DNA of 55,468 nucleotides, from assembly GCA_027331445.1 (NCBI GenBank), contig DAHWUD010000004.1, forward strand, positions 1 to 55,468, written 5' to 3'. Position 1 is the stretch's first letter; each line of letters opens with the position of its first letter. The translations under genes were made by a program, and so were the position numbers. Positions 18,431-27,540 of the stretch are shown piece by piece. This DNA is from Candidatus Amesbacteria bacterium. Lineage in GTDB: Bacteria; Patescibacteriota; Microgenomatia; CAZETR01; Amesbacteraceae. The notes beneath the pieces are model-generated. The model was not told the origin of the DNA and made no database searches. It was given only the letters and a program-made list of their open reading frames with translations.

Positions 18431-18868
18431 ATGGCTGACCAAACCAGCGACCTCATCAATCTCGTCTTCCGCATTTCCCGCCTCATGAAGCCTCAAATGG
18501 CCGTGACCTCCGGCATAATGCACCTCAGCATCATCCAGACCCAGACCCTTATTTTTTTGCACCAGAGCCGGCAGGCGACTATGAGCGATATTGCCGCTTA
18601 TCTGCGCATCGAACTGCCCTCCGCCACCAGCCTGGTCAATAAGCTGGCCGCCCAAAAGCTTGTCACCCGGCAGGCCGATCCGCAGGACCGGCGCCTGGTC
18701 AGAATTTCCCTGACCAAATCTGGTGAAGTTCTCCTTACGCGGGCTATCCAGGACCGCCGCCAAAAACTCGCCCGCACTCTGTCCTACCTGACCGACCGCG
18801 AAAAATCGGACCTGCAGCATATCCTTACCGGCTTAATTGACCGCTTGACCGCCAAAAATGACCTCTAA
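18431..18868 (+). CDS. MarR-family regulator
   Basis: TMSDIA..L.I..PSATSLVNKL...LVTR..DPQDRR.V.ISLT..G. Confidence 0.93.
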   Translation: MADQTSDLINLVFRISRLMKPQMAVTSGIMHLSIIQTQTLIFLHQSRQATMSDIAAYLRIELPSATSLVNKLAAQKLVTRQADPQDRRLVRISLTKSGEVLLTRAIQDRRQKLARTLSYLTDREKSDLQHILTGLIDRLTAKNDL

Positions 18869-19940
18869 AAAACTCATCCCGCTTTTTCTGATCCTAGCCG
18901 TCGGCGCCGGGCTCATAATTTATGTTTCCCGGGGAAGCGCCTCCGCCACCCCCGCCGCTTCCGGGCCTTCAATGACGGTGCCCGTGAAATTTGTCAGTTC
19001 CACTATCACCGCCGACGGGTCGGTGACGGCCCAAAACCAGGCCACGCTCAATTTTCAAACCACAGGGAAACTCACCTACCTGCCGTTTAAGCCCGGGGAT
19101 AAGGTCCAAGCCGGCCAGACCATCGCCAAGCTGGATACCTACACCCTGCAGCGCCAGTTGACCGCCGCTTTAAACAACTACCGCACCGCCCGCGACACTT
19201 TTGATCAGGCCCAGGCCAATCTCCAGGACAACGTCCTCAAGTCTCAGATTACCTCCACCTACGTCAATACCAATCTGGATTTCAATAGTACGGTTAACGA
19301 CGCCATCAAACGTATCGCCGACCAAAACCAGGCCGCCCTCGATAACTCGGTCATCAATGTGGAATTGGCCAATTATGCCCTGCAATTGTCTACCCTGACT
19401 TCGCCCATAACCGGCGTCATCACCCGCCAGGACGTCACCGTCCCCGGCCTGAATATCACCCCGGCCACCACCTTCGCGGTCGCGGACCTGGACTCCCTGG
19501 TCTTCCGGGCCGACATTCCTCTGCAGGATATCTATTATGTTTCTCCGGGAAGCGTTGTCACCCTGGCCATCGACGGCCTGCCTGACCATCTCTCCGGCAC
19601 GGTGTCCAAAATTTATCCTTCCAAGGTCATCCTGCCCACGGGCGAGGCCGTCTACCAGGTCGATATCGTCAGCGATACTCTGAAAAACCAAGCCAAACTC
19701 GACCAGACGGGCACGGCCATCATCAGTACCAATTCCGAAAATGTCGCCGTCGTTCCGGCCTGGACTGTCCTGGGAGGCAAATCCATCTGGGTGGACAACG
19801 CCGGGACCCCGCAGCTGAAATCCGTCACCATCGGCCCGACCTTCGGAAACGAAATAGAGATCATTTCCGGCTTGTCTCCGGACGACCGGATCATCATCAA
19901 TCCTGAATACATTATTGCTCACCGCTATCAGATCTTATGA
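18858..19940 (+). CDS. Efflux membrane-fusion (periplasmic adaptor) protein
   Basis: Lipoyl halves (GKL...KPGDKVQAGQTIAKLD; LTSPITGVI), helical hairpin, EIISGLSPDD. Confidence 0.88.
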   Translation: MTSKKLIPLFLILAVGAGLIIYVSRGSASATPAASGPSMTVPVKFVSSTITADGSVTAQNQATLNFQTTGKLTYLPFKPGDKVQAGQTIAKLDTYTLQRQLTAALNNYRTARDTFDQAQANLQDNVLKSQITSTYVNTNLDFNSTVNDAIKRIADQNQAALDNSVINVELANYALQLSTLTSPITGVITRQDVTVPGLNITPATTFAVADLDSLVFRADIPLQDIYYVSPGSVVTLAIDGLPDHLSGTVSKIYPSKVILPTGEAVYQVDIVSDTLKNQAKLDQTGTAIISTNSENVAVVPAWTVLGGKSIWVDNAGTPQLKSVTIGPTFGNEIEIISGLSPDDRIIINPEYIIAHRYQIL

Positions 19941-20575
19941 AAAAAATATTCCGTTTATTGAAAAACCGCCGCTTTCTCAAACTTGCCGGTGTTACCTGCC
20001 TGCTGCTCCTTCTTGCCGGCGCCTATATTTTCTATCAAAAAACCACGGCCAGAGTCTACATCGACAACTCCCTGATCCAGGCCCCGATTCTCACCATCTC
20101 GCCCGCCGCCACCGGTAAAGTGGAAGCCATTACCGTCAAAGAAGGCCAGACCGTCACCCCGGGTGATGTCCTGGCGGTAGTCGGCTCCGAATCGGTGCGC
20201 GCCGATACTGACGGCTTAATTATTTCCGCTCCTGACCTGACCGGGTCCGTGGTCAATCCCCAGACCCAGCTTATCCAGATGATTCGGCCTGTCAGCCTCC
20301 GCGTAGCCGGTACTATCGATGAAAATAAAGGCCTCAACCAAATCCGGGTCGGTCAGGTGGCCTCCTTCACTGTGGACGCTTTGCCCGGCCGCACCTTTTG
20401 GGGTTATGTCGATGAAATTTCCCCCAGCGCCATCCCACAGCTGTTTTCTTTTTCCTCCTCCACTGAGCGCCCCACCCAGCAATTTACAGTTTACGCCAAA
20501 TTTGATTCGTCACTCTATCCTGACATCAAAAATGGCATGTCCGCCAAGCTGGTCGTTTACACCAGAACCAAATAA
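19937..20575 (+). CDS. Short HlyD/EmrA-like adaptor lacking the helical hairpin
   Basis: GKVEAITVKEGQTV, IDE...IRVGQ.ASFTVDA.PG..F.G.V..ISP, GMSA. Confidence 0.8.
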   Translation: MKKIFRLLKNRRFLKLAGVTCLLLLLAGAYIFYQKTTARVYIDNSLIQAPILTISPAATGKVEAITVKEGQTVTPGDVLAVVGSESVRADTDGLIISAPDLTGSVVNPQTQLIQMIRPVSLRVAGTIDENKGLNQIRVGQVASFTVDALPGRTFWGYVDEISPSAIPQLFSFSSSTERPTQQFTVYAKFDSSLYPDIKNGMSAKLVVYTRTK

Positions 20576-20600
20576 CTCCTCACCCCCAACCGACGACTAA

Positions 20601-20927
20601 TACCCTCATATAGTTTCCCGCATTGCGGGACCCCGCTATGGCGGCGGCAGGTGTTACATTGGCAGTACCAATGATTTATTACGTCGGATTTCCGGGCACA
20701 ACCGGGGACAGACCAAATCCACAAGACAAAAAGGACTCTGGGAGTTAAAATACAAGGAAGAATTTCCTACCTCGATTGAAGCCAAAAGACGCGAAAGGAA
20801 AATCAAATCGTACAAAGGCGGAAATTCCTTTAAAAATTTATTCTCAAGAGTAGTTCAGCAGTTGAATGCCCCACTAAGCGGGGAGGTCACGAAGCTGAAT
20901 TTTCCGAATTTTCAACTGCGGGAGTAG
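20601..20927 (+). pseudogene. GIY-YIG (UPF0213-like) endonuclease lacking a start codon
   Basis: Open frame ...CYIGSTNDLLRRISGHNRGQTKST...YKEEF....EAKRRERKIKSYKGG; first motif replaced by GC hairpins. Confidence 0.8.
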
Positions 20928-20989
20928 TTCAGCAGTAGAATGCTTCCTTGCCAAGGAAGAGGTCGCGGGTGCGAATCCCGTCTCCCGCT
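20918..20989 (+). tRNA. tRNA-Gly (GCC)
   Basis: cttcc-TTGCCAA-ggaag anticodon arm; GCGGGAG/CTCCCGC acceptor. Confidence 0.93.
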
Positions 20990-21018
20990 CAAAACGAACC
21001 AAGTGCTAAAATAGTTTT

Positions 21019-21603
21019 GTGCATCGCACGTTCTTGAGCCACATACCCTGGCTGCTCTCATTTTTCGTGGGCACTCCGGCTGCCATTCTTCTCGCCTTCC
21101 TCATCTTAAACCGCACCGCCCCGGCTCAGACCACCGTCGCCCCCCAGGTCCTCGGCGCCGCCACCGCTTCCGACCTTTACGTCCCCAGCCTTTCCCCCCA
21201 GATAATCACCGCCGACGCCCGGCCCATTATCATCAGGAACTATTTACAACGTTACGGTTCACCCCTGGAACCTTACTCCCGCCTGATCGTCCAGATCTCG
21301 GATAAATATTCCCTCGACTACCGGCTTCTGGTAGCCATCGCCCAGCAGGAATCCAATCTCTGCAAAAAAATTCCTCTCGGTTCCTATAACTGTTGGGGCT
21401 TCGGCATCTATGGCAACATCACCACCCGCTTCAGCAACTACCCCCAGGCCATCGAGACCGTCGCCAAAACCCTCAAGCATAATTACATTGACCTGGGGTT
21501 AGTCACCCCCCAGGAAATTATGGCCAAGTACACCCCTCCCTCCCTGGACAAAGGTGGCCCCTGGGCCAAAGCCGTCTCTCAATTTCTGTCCGATTTAGAG
21601 TAA
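21019..21603 (+). CDS. Membrane-anchored lysozyme-fold (glucosaminidase-like) hydrolase
   Basis: LDYRLLVAIAQQESNL, YNCWGFG, KYTPP. Confidence 0.7.
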   Translation: MHRTFLSHIPWLLSFFVGTPAAILLAFLILNRTAPAQTTVAPQVLGAATASDLYVPSLSPQIITADARPIIIRNYLQRYGSPLEPYSRLIVQISDKYSLDYRLLVAIAQQESNLCKKIPLGSYNCWGFGIYGNITTRFSNYPQAIETVAKTLKHNYIDLGLVTPQEIMAKYTPPSLDKGGPWAKAVSQFLSDLE

Positions 21604-21615
21604 CCGCTTTTTACT

Positions 21616-22377
21616 ATGCCCGCTCATTACGACGATCGTTCTTTCTCATATGACCGTTACTGGCAGGGTCGTCAGTACGAACACCAATCGGAACTTCTGG
21701 CCATCTCCCGCCTCCTGGCCGATTCCCGCTTTTCCGTCGCCGCGGACATCGGCGGCGGCTACGGCCGTCTGACGGCCTTCCTTACCCCGTTTTCCAAGCA
21801 GATCCTGCTCATTGAGCCGTCCGTCAAACAGCGCCGCATGGGCCAAAATTATCTCAAAGGTTTGCGGGGCATTACCATTTCCGGAGGCACCATCCAGAAA
21901 ACCGGCCTCCCCGACGCCTCATTAGACCTGGTCCTGGTCGTCCGCGTCATGCATCATTTGCCCGACCCCGCTCCCGCACTGTCCGAAATTTATCGGGTCC
22001 TCAAACCGGGAGGCACCTTAATTCTGGAGTTTGCCAACTCCCTCAATTTTAAAGCCCGGCTGAGAAGCCAGCTCACCGGCCAGCCCATCCTGCCCGCCCC
22101 CCTGGATAGAAGAAGCAGCGCCAACATCCGCCGCCATACCATTCCTTTTGTCAATCACTATCCGAGTACGCTGCTCAAACTCCTATCCAAAACCGGATTC
22201 CAAATAGACCGGGTCTTATCCGTTTCCAATTTCCGCTCTCCGTTACTCAAGCGCCTGCTGCCCCAAAAATTTCTGCTCTCTCTGGAAAAATACTTACAGC
22301 CCAGATTAGGCAAAATTTACTTTGGACCTAGTATTTTCATCAAGGCAACGAAGATTGACAAATATCCCAACCTATAG
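21616..22377 (+). CDS. Class I SAM-dependent methyltransferase
   Basis: DIGGGYGR, RVMHHLPDP, RVLKPGG. Confidence 0.9.
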   Translation: MPAHYDDRSFSYDRYWQGRQYEHQSELLAISRLLADSRFSVAADIGGGYGRLTAFLTPFSKQILLIEPSVKQRRMGQNYLKGLRGITISGGTIQKTGLPDASLDLVLVVRVMHHLPDPAPALSEIYRVLKPGGTLILEFANSLNFKARLRSQLTGQPILPAPLDRRSSANIRRHTIPFVNHYPSTLLKLLSKTGFQIDRVLSVSNFRSPLLKRLLPQKFLLSLEKYLQPRLGKIYFGPSIFIKATKIDKYPNL

Positions 22378-22383
22378 TACAAT
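22355..22383 (+). promoter_or_regulatory. Near-consensus sigma70 promoter
   Basis: TTGACA-17-TACAAT. Confidence 0.7.
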
Positions 22384-22389
22384 ACACCC

Positions 22390-22467
22390 AGGTTTCGCGG
22401 CTTGGCTGAAAAGTCAGGCGGTGGAATTTTAAAAGCCTCGGCAACGGGCAGGAGCCGGGGCTTTTTG
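22390..22467 (+). ncRNA. Candidate small RNA (GNRA hairpin plus terminator)
   Basis: gcttggct-GAAA-agtcaggc hairpin with extended stem, then aaaagcctcggc/gccggggctttt terminator, directly after a strong promoter. Confidence 0.45.
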
Positions 22468-22497
22468 TTGGTCTGCTAGAATAGACCCACGCCACCA

Positions 22498-22580
22498 GCC
22501 CTCGTGGTGAAATGGCAGACACGCATGCTTTAGGAGCATGTGACCGCAAGGTCGTAGAGGTTCAACTCCTCTCGAGGGCA
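22498..22580 (+). tRNA. tRNA-Leu (TAG)
   Basis: catgc-TTTAGGA-gcatg anticodon arm, variable arm. Confidence 0.93.
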
Positions 22581-22588
22581 CACCCCAT

Positions 22589-23245
22589 ATGCAGGATTTA
22601 ATCGCTCTGCCGGCTCTGATATTACTGGCGGTTTTGGTCGTCACCCCGCAACTTCTTCCCTCTCTCCCTCCCCCAGTCTCTCTTCCGCCGCCACTGGCCA
22701 CGACCAGTCTTTCTCCCACTCCCGCCCCCACCTTGCCTCCCCCACCTACCATCCGCGCCCCCAAAATCCCTCTTCCCACCGCCGTTCCCAATACTGCCCC
22801 CTGGGGTGTCGCCCGGCAGATCGATCAGCATACCTGGCAAATCCGCATCAACAACGACCCGGCCATGGGTTCGCCCTCAGACATCCTCCAAGCCCTAAAC
22901 AATCTTCGCGCCCGTTACGGCGCCCAGCCTCTCCAAACTGACCCCCGTCTGTGCGCTTACGCCCAAAAACGGGCCGATTATTTCAAATCCATTTCCGCTA
23001 CTGACGATCATCGCGGTCTGACCGACTATCTTCAAAACGGGACCGGCTTTGCCGACTTGGGTTACAACTGGGTCGGGGAGAATTCCTCCTATGGCTATGT
23101 CATGTCCGGAGTCCACTTAATTGAATTTGTTTACAATTCCGACCCCGATCACAGTAAAAACCAGCTCGATCCCAAATGGGACCACGGCTGTGTCGGCGTC
23201 AACTCTCCCGCCACCGATCTCATCTTCGCCACCTCACCGCGATAA
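22589..23245 (+). CDS. Secreted CAP/SCP-domain protein with Pro-rich linker
   Basis: ALNNLRARYGAQPL..D.RL..YAQ.RA, VGEN, HSKNQLDP.W..G. Confidence 0.8.
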   Translation: MQDLIALPALILLAVLVVTPQLLPSLPPPVSLPPPLATTSLSPTPAPTLPPPPTIRAPKIPLPTAVPNTAPWGVARQIDQHTWQIRINNDPAMGSPSDILQALNNLRARYGAQPLQTDPRLCAYAQKRADYFKSISATDDHRGLTDYLQNGTGFADLGYNWVGENSSYGYVMSGVHLIEFVYNSDPDHSKNQLDPKWDHGCVGVNSPATDLIFATSPR

Positions 23246-23289
23246 ACTATAGGATTGACTTAACTAGTCTCCACTCATATAATCGGCTT

Positions 23290-23760
23290 ATGACCAATGA
23301 AGTACCTAAAGAACAAGACGGCCCTCATCTTGCAGATATTGCAGAGCAGAATCTGAAAAATTTCCTTAAAGACGCAACAATTGGTACGCCCAAACTGCTG
23401 GCTTTTAGCGATGAACTTAACCGGAAATCTCTTCGAAGCCAAATAGATTTTACACTAAAAGACTTTGACAATGCTCCACACCATGTTTCCTTTTTAAGAA
23501 CAATGGAGTTTCAGATTGCTATACTTGACCTCCAAATAGACAACCGAAAAGTGACAATTCCAGGATATGCAGCTGCTTCGTCCAAAGCATCTAAATTAAT
23601 CAGTGACGTAGAAAAATATTGTGTTTTAGATCGTCTTCAGGAAACTTCCGGTTCTAATAAAACAGAGTGGGAAGATGAGCAACTCCGTGGCGAAGCAGAA
23701 GACCAGTATCTTGATATCGTCTGGAACCTGTACCGTTCGGCTACTGGTGACTCTGATTAG
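23290..23760 (+). CDS. Hypothetical protein (AT-rich orphan)
   Basis: Start moved to ATG 23290 (TATAAT 6 nt upstream). Confidence 0.55.
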   Translation: MTNEVPKEQDGPHLADIAEQNLKNFLKDATIGTPKLLAFSDELNRKSLRSQIDFTLKDFDNAPHHVSFLRTMEFQIAILDLQIDNRKVTIPGYAAASSKASKLISDVEKYCVLDRLQETSGSNKTEWEDEQLRGEAEDQYLDIVWNLYRSATGDSD

Positions 23761-24937
23761 TTCCAAATCTATACCACTTATCTCCCAAATACCCCGTCAC
23801 TTCAGGTCTGATCAATTCTCCCCCCAAAAGCGTTGCCGGGTACACCGTAAACAATCCGTATTTCCCGTTCACCGCGTCTGCCGCCTTTAACAGATCCTCT
23901 CTGTTGCTGAATATTGAACTTTGCACCTTGAACTCTAAATTGGAAATCCCTGTCCCGGCAAACCTCACCCCACCGACCGGCTTCTTTTCATACTCTTTCC
24001 ACAACAGAGTAAAAATTGTTAACGGATCATTAGTTGGAGCCGGAATTGTCAGCCTTACCCACGAACTTTCTTCATACCTATCAGCCGACAGCGACAGCCA
24101 CATTGTCCTCCCGGCCATGTCCATCTCCCGCAATTTAGCCGCCGCCTCTTCCACCAGATTTCTCACCAGTTTTTTTATCCCTTCCTGTTTGGTTATTTCC
24201 GTAAACGTTGTAAATGTCCGCGATACGCTTTTGGCCGGCTCCAGTTTTTCTATTTCCGCCACCGGCTCTTCCTCCCGCAGCCACACCAGCTCCGCGATTT
24301 CCGGCGGCAGTTGCCGCAGCCGTGCTTCTCCCAAAGTCGTCACTCCCAATCCGTGTAAAAACGCACTGCGCGATCGCCCGATTCCACATACCTCTTCCAC
24401 CTTTACCGCCGCCGTCCTCTCCAGATAATCCTCCGGTGTCAGCCACGTCAATCCGTCCGGTTTTCGCATTTCCGAAGCCAGTTTGGCGATCAGTTTGGTA
24501 AACGCAATCCCCACCGACGCCCGCATCCACTCTCCCAGCTCCTGCTTTATCCGCCATTTCATTTCCAAAGCCATCTGCCACGCTCCCCCCGCGAAATTTT
24601 TTTGGCTGTCCGTCACCTCTGCAAACATTTCGTCAATCGAAAACACCTCCACCGTCGGGGAGTAGTCCTGCACGATTTTGACCAGCCTTCGCGTCAGGGC
24701 CAAATATTTATCCATATCCGCCGGCACCAGGGTTATCCGGGGACAAAGCCTTCGGGCCTCCCACACCGTCACCCCGGTTTTGACTCCGAATTTTTTAGCT
24801 TCCACCGACGCCGCGATCACGCAACCCCTCCCTTCGGCCTTGATTATTCCCACCGGCCGGCCGCGAAGTAAGGGGGAGGCTTGCTGCTCCGCCGTCGCGA
24901 AGTAGGAATTCATATCTATGTGTAAGATGGTTCGCAT
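23741..24937 (-). CDS. dinB: Y-family DNA polymerase IV
   Basis: ILHIDMNSYFA, AASVEAKKFGV, SIDE, AKLASEMRKPDG; start moved to MRTILHID. Confidence 0.92.
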   Translation of the reverse strand: MRTILHIDMNSYFATAEQQASPLLRGRPVGIIKAEGRGCVIAASVEAKKFGVKTGVTVWEARRLCPRITLVPADMDKYLALTRRLVKIVQDYSPTVEVFSIDEMFAEVTDSQKNFAGGAWQMALEMKWRIKQELGEWMRASVGIAFTKLIAKLASEMRKPDGLTWLTPEDYLERTAAVKVEEVCGIGRSRSAFLHGLGVTTLGEARLRQLPPEIAELVWLREEEPVAEIEKLEPAKSVSRTFTTFTEITKQEGIKKLVRNLVEEAAAKLREMDMAGRTMWLSLSADRYEESSWVRLTIPAPTNDPLTIFTLLWKEYEKKPVGGVRFAGTGISNLEFKVQSSIFSNREDLLKAADAVNGKYGLFTVYPATLLGGELIRPEVTGYLGDKWYRFGTNQSHQ

Positions 24938-25164
24938 TTGCCGATCCTCCATCCCAGACTCTCCCGATCTAAAACCAGTTCCACCAGCATCCCCCCCGCC
25001 TCCGCCACGAAACATAGGTACCGCCGCCCCCCGTCCTGCCTCTCAAACACCATGGTTACCCGGGACACGCTATAACTGTGTCCCCGCCAATCAAAGCCTA
25101 TAGGGAGCACTACACCGCCCCCAAACCGCACATTGACTCCTATCGCCTCATTGATTATCTGCAC
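24916..25164 (-). CDS. Small dinB-associated protein (DUF6504-like beta protein)
   Basis: P.GF.WRG..Y.V..V...F.....ELV.D....W pattern; overlaps the dinB start. Confidence 0.6.
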   Translation of the reverse strand: MQIINEAIGVNVRFGGGVVLPIGFDWRGHSYSVSRVTMVFERQDGGRRYLCFVAEAGGMLVELVLDRESLGWRIGKCEPSYT

Positions 25165-25249
25165 CCCCTATGTATACCCAAATAAAACCCGAATGTCAAG
25201 GAGAGAAAAGGGGCCGTGGGTTTTTTTCTCATACCCCGTCTAAAGATAT

Positions 25250-25447
25250 ATGGCCAAAGAATCATTGCTGAGAACTGCCATCACTTCCTGGCAGAACAGA
25301 GAAGTCAGATTTTTTCGAACCACAGGCCCCTGTCCCGAATGCGGCCAAATGCACTTCTATCCCAGGCTGGTTTGTCCCCATAGCGGCTACCCGCTCCCAA
25401 CCCCCGCCGTGATGCCTTCCCGACAACCCGCCGAAGTTGAGTCTTGA
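25250..25447 (+). CDS. Zinc-ribbon protein (DUF35 N-terminal-like)
   Basis: CPECGQMHFYPRLVCPH. Confidence 0.6.
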   Translation: MAKESLLRTAITSWQNREVRFFRTTGPCPECGQMHFYPRLVCPHSGYPLPTPAVMPSRQPAEVES

Positions 25448-25479
25448 ACACCACTCTAGGTCTATAGTATTATCCGTGC

Positions 25480-26067
25480 ATGTCGCGCCGAAATTTAATC
25501 ATTGGTCTGGTCATTTTGGCCGTTTTAGCCTTCTTTGTTTATAAATCGCGGGCCAACCACCCCTTGCCGGCCGGCCGGATCACTACCGATATCCAAATCT
25601 CCCCCACACCTATAGTCACGCCGGAGCCCATCACCACCCGACCCCGGGTGCAGATTTCCACTTCCAAAGGTGACTTTATCATCGAACTCCGCCCCGATTT
25701 GGCTCCCCAAAGTGTCGTCAATTTTCTGACTAAATGGAGTAACGGCTACTGCAACAATTTAACCTTTCACCGGGTAGAGGACTGGGTCGTCCAGGGCTGT
25801 GATCCGGCCGGCAACGGCACCGGCGGCCAAATGACCCTCCCCACCGAAACTTCCGCTGCCTCCTTCACCGCCGGCAGCGTCGGAGTCGCCAGATTAGCTT
25901 ACCCCACGGACAAAAGTAACGATTCTCAGTTTTTTGTAGTCAAAAAAGACTCGATTTTTCTGAACGGGGAGTATACTTACTTAGGCAAGGTTGTTTCCGG
26001 TATGTCCGTTGTTGACCGCCTGGCCATCGGCGACCAGATCACAGATACCACCATTTTGACCAAATAA
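25480..26067 (+). CDS. Cyclophilin-type peptidyl-prolyl isomerase, membrane anchored
   Basis: AP..V.NF, FHRV..WVVQGCDP.G.GTGG, SQFF, YT..GKVVSGM. Confidence 0.92.
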   Translation: MSRRNLIIGLVILAVLAFFVYKSRANHPLPAGRITTDIQISPTPIVTPEPITTRPRVQISTSKGDFIIELRPDLAPQSVVNFLTKWSNGYCNNLTFHRVEDWVVQGCDPAGNGTGGQMTLPTETSAASFTAGSVGVARLAYPTDKSNDSQFFVVKKDSIFLNGEYTYLGKVVSGMSVVDRLAIGDQITDTTILTK

Positions 26068-26068
26068 C

Positions 26069-26773
26069 ATGGCTCACACCGTTACCCGCCGCCAAAGTGG
26101 CGACATTGAATTAACCATTACACTTCCCTGGACTCAGGTTGCTGCGGAAATCGCCAAACAAACCCAGGCCGCCGTCGCCGCGGCTAAACTGCCCGGTTTT
26201 CGTCCCGGCAAAGCTCCCGCGAGCTTAGTCGAACCGCAGCTGGACAAAAACCAGCTCTACTCCGCCACCGTCCAGGCCCTGCTGCCGCCGGCTTACGCCG
26301 CCGCCGTCAAGGACCGGCAGCTAAAACCCATTCTTTATCCCCACATTCATGTCTCCAAAATTGACCCCGACCAGGACTGGGTTTTTACCCTTCACACCTG
26401 CGAAGTTCCTACCGTCACTCTGATCGACTATCAGCCCTTGGTCGCCGGGGTTGCCAAGGACCCCGCCGATACCCGGATTGTGCGCATTCTCGACGTTCTC
26501 CGCCAGCGCGCCGGCCTCAATCTTCCCGATATGCTGGTGGAGGAAGAAGCCAACCACCGCCTGAGTGCCCTGGTCGAAAATCTCACCCAACTGGGTATGA
26601 CCACAAAGTCCTACCTCGAAGCCAAAAAAATCACCTCCGAGAACCTCAAGGCTGCCATGGCCAGGGATGCCCGAGCTGATCTGGAAGCTGAATTTATCCT
26701 TTCCCACATCCAGACCGAACAAAAATTACCAGACCGCAAACACACTCTCGACTATTTATTGACACTGGTATAA
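26069..26773 (+). CDS. tig: Short trigger factor (no FKBP domain)
   Basis: PGFRPGKAP ribosome-binding signature, then LPDMLVEEE C-domain. Confidence 0.85.
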   Translation: MAHTVTRRQSGDIELTITLPWTQVAAEIAKQTQAAVAAAKLPGFRPGKAPASLVEPQLDKNQLYSATVQALLPPAYAAAVKDRQLKPILYPHIHVSKIDPDQDWVFTLHTCEVPTVTLIDYQPLVAGVAKDPADTRIVRILDVLRQRAGLNLPDMLVEEEANHRLSALVENLTQLGMTTKSYLEAKKITSENLKAAMARDARADLEAEFILSHIQTEQKLPDRKHTLDYLLTLV

Positions 26774-26782
26774 AATACGTAT

Positions 26783-27403
26783 ATGGCTCAAGCCTATAGT
26801 AAAGGGAGAGCTCCTCCCCGCTATGATAATTTTTTGGAAGCCCTGCGTGATCTGGGTCGCTCTACTGTTCGGGAAGGCACTACCCAGATTAAACAGGCTA
26901 TCACGGGCGACGTCCCCGAGATGTTTGGTCTGGCCAACCACGGCACTATCCAGCCACACGAGTCAGTCGCCCTAAACCAGTTGCAGACCGCCGAAAAAAC
27001 CGGCGAGGCCAAGGCCGAAGCCAGATTTGCCCGCCAGTTAACCGAAATGCGGGACGAGGAACGGGCCCGCCTTCTACGCGAAGAATCGACCACCAAACAG
27101 CAAATTCAATCCATTCAGGCCGAAATTCTCAAGCTCAGTAAGGAAGCCGGAGAACTTTTCAAGGAAGTCGAGGTCGCCGCCGTCCAGGCCCCGGTCAATC
27201 CCGGCATCTATCACAAAAACTTTTTCTCCCAGCTGCGTTCCCTTATCCTCAATCTGCGCCGCCGGGTCCAGGATTCTAAGGAATGGCTGTCTGTTACCAA
27301 CTCCCGGGCCAGCTCGCGCGGGTTCTATTGGGGTCAGGTCGGCAAATCCGGCACCAAATACATGTTGAGTTCCGAACGTTACATGGTGACTTCCACCGGC
27401 TAA
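26783..27403 (+). CDS. Conserved hypothetical protein (DUF5660-like)
   Basis: Coiled coil, PGIYH..FF, YW....K.GTKYMLSSER. Confidence 0.65.
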   Translation: MAQAYSKGRAPPRYDNFLEALRDLGRSTVREGTTQIKQAITGDVPEMFGLANHGTIQPHESVALNQLQTAEKTGEAKAEARFARQLTEMRDEERARLLREESTTKQQIQSIQAEILKLSKEAGELFKEVEVAAVQAPVNPGIYHKNFFSQLRSLILNLRRRVQDSKEWLSVTNSRASSRGFYWGQVGKSGTKYMLSSERYMVTSTG

Positions 27404-27404
27404 A

Positions 27405-27488
27405 ATGAATTTACTGTTCCTCCTTATTTCCCTGTCTACCCTGATTATTCTGGGCGCCAGGTTTGTGGGAGGAATAAGTCTAAGCTAA
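27405..27488 (+). CDS. 27-aa hydrophobic peptide
   Basis: MNLLFLLISLSTLIILGARFVGGISLS; starts right after the upstream stop, followed by a terminator. Confidence 0.35.
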   Translation: MNLLFLLISLSTLIILGARFVGGISLS

Positions 27489-27512
27489 ACCGAAAACACA
27501 CAAAAAAAGACG

Positions 27513-27540
27513 AAACCTCCTAAAACTAGGAGGTTTTTTT
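27513..27540 (+). terminator. Intrinsic terminator
   Basis: aaacctcc-taaaacta-ggagg followed by T7. Confidence 0.7.

Noticed and set aside
22390-22467. SRP RNA
   Set aside because: It has a GNRA cap, but I cannot find the helix-8 CAGG/GAAGCA internal-loop signature.
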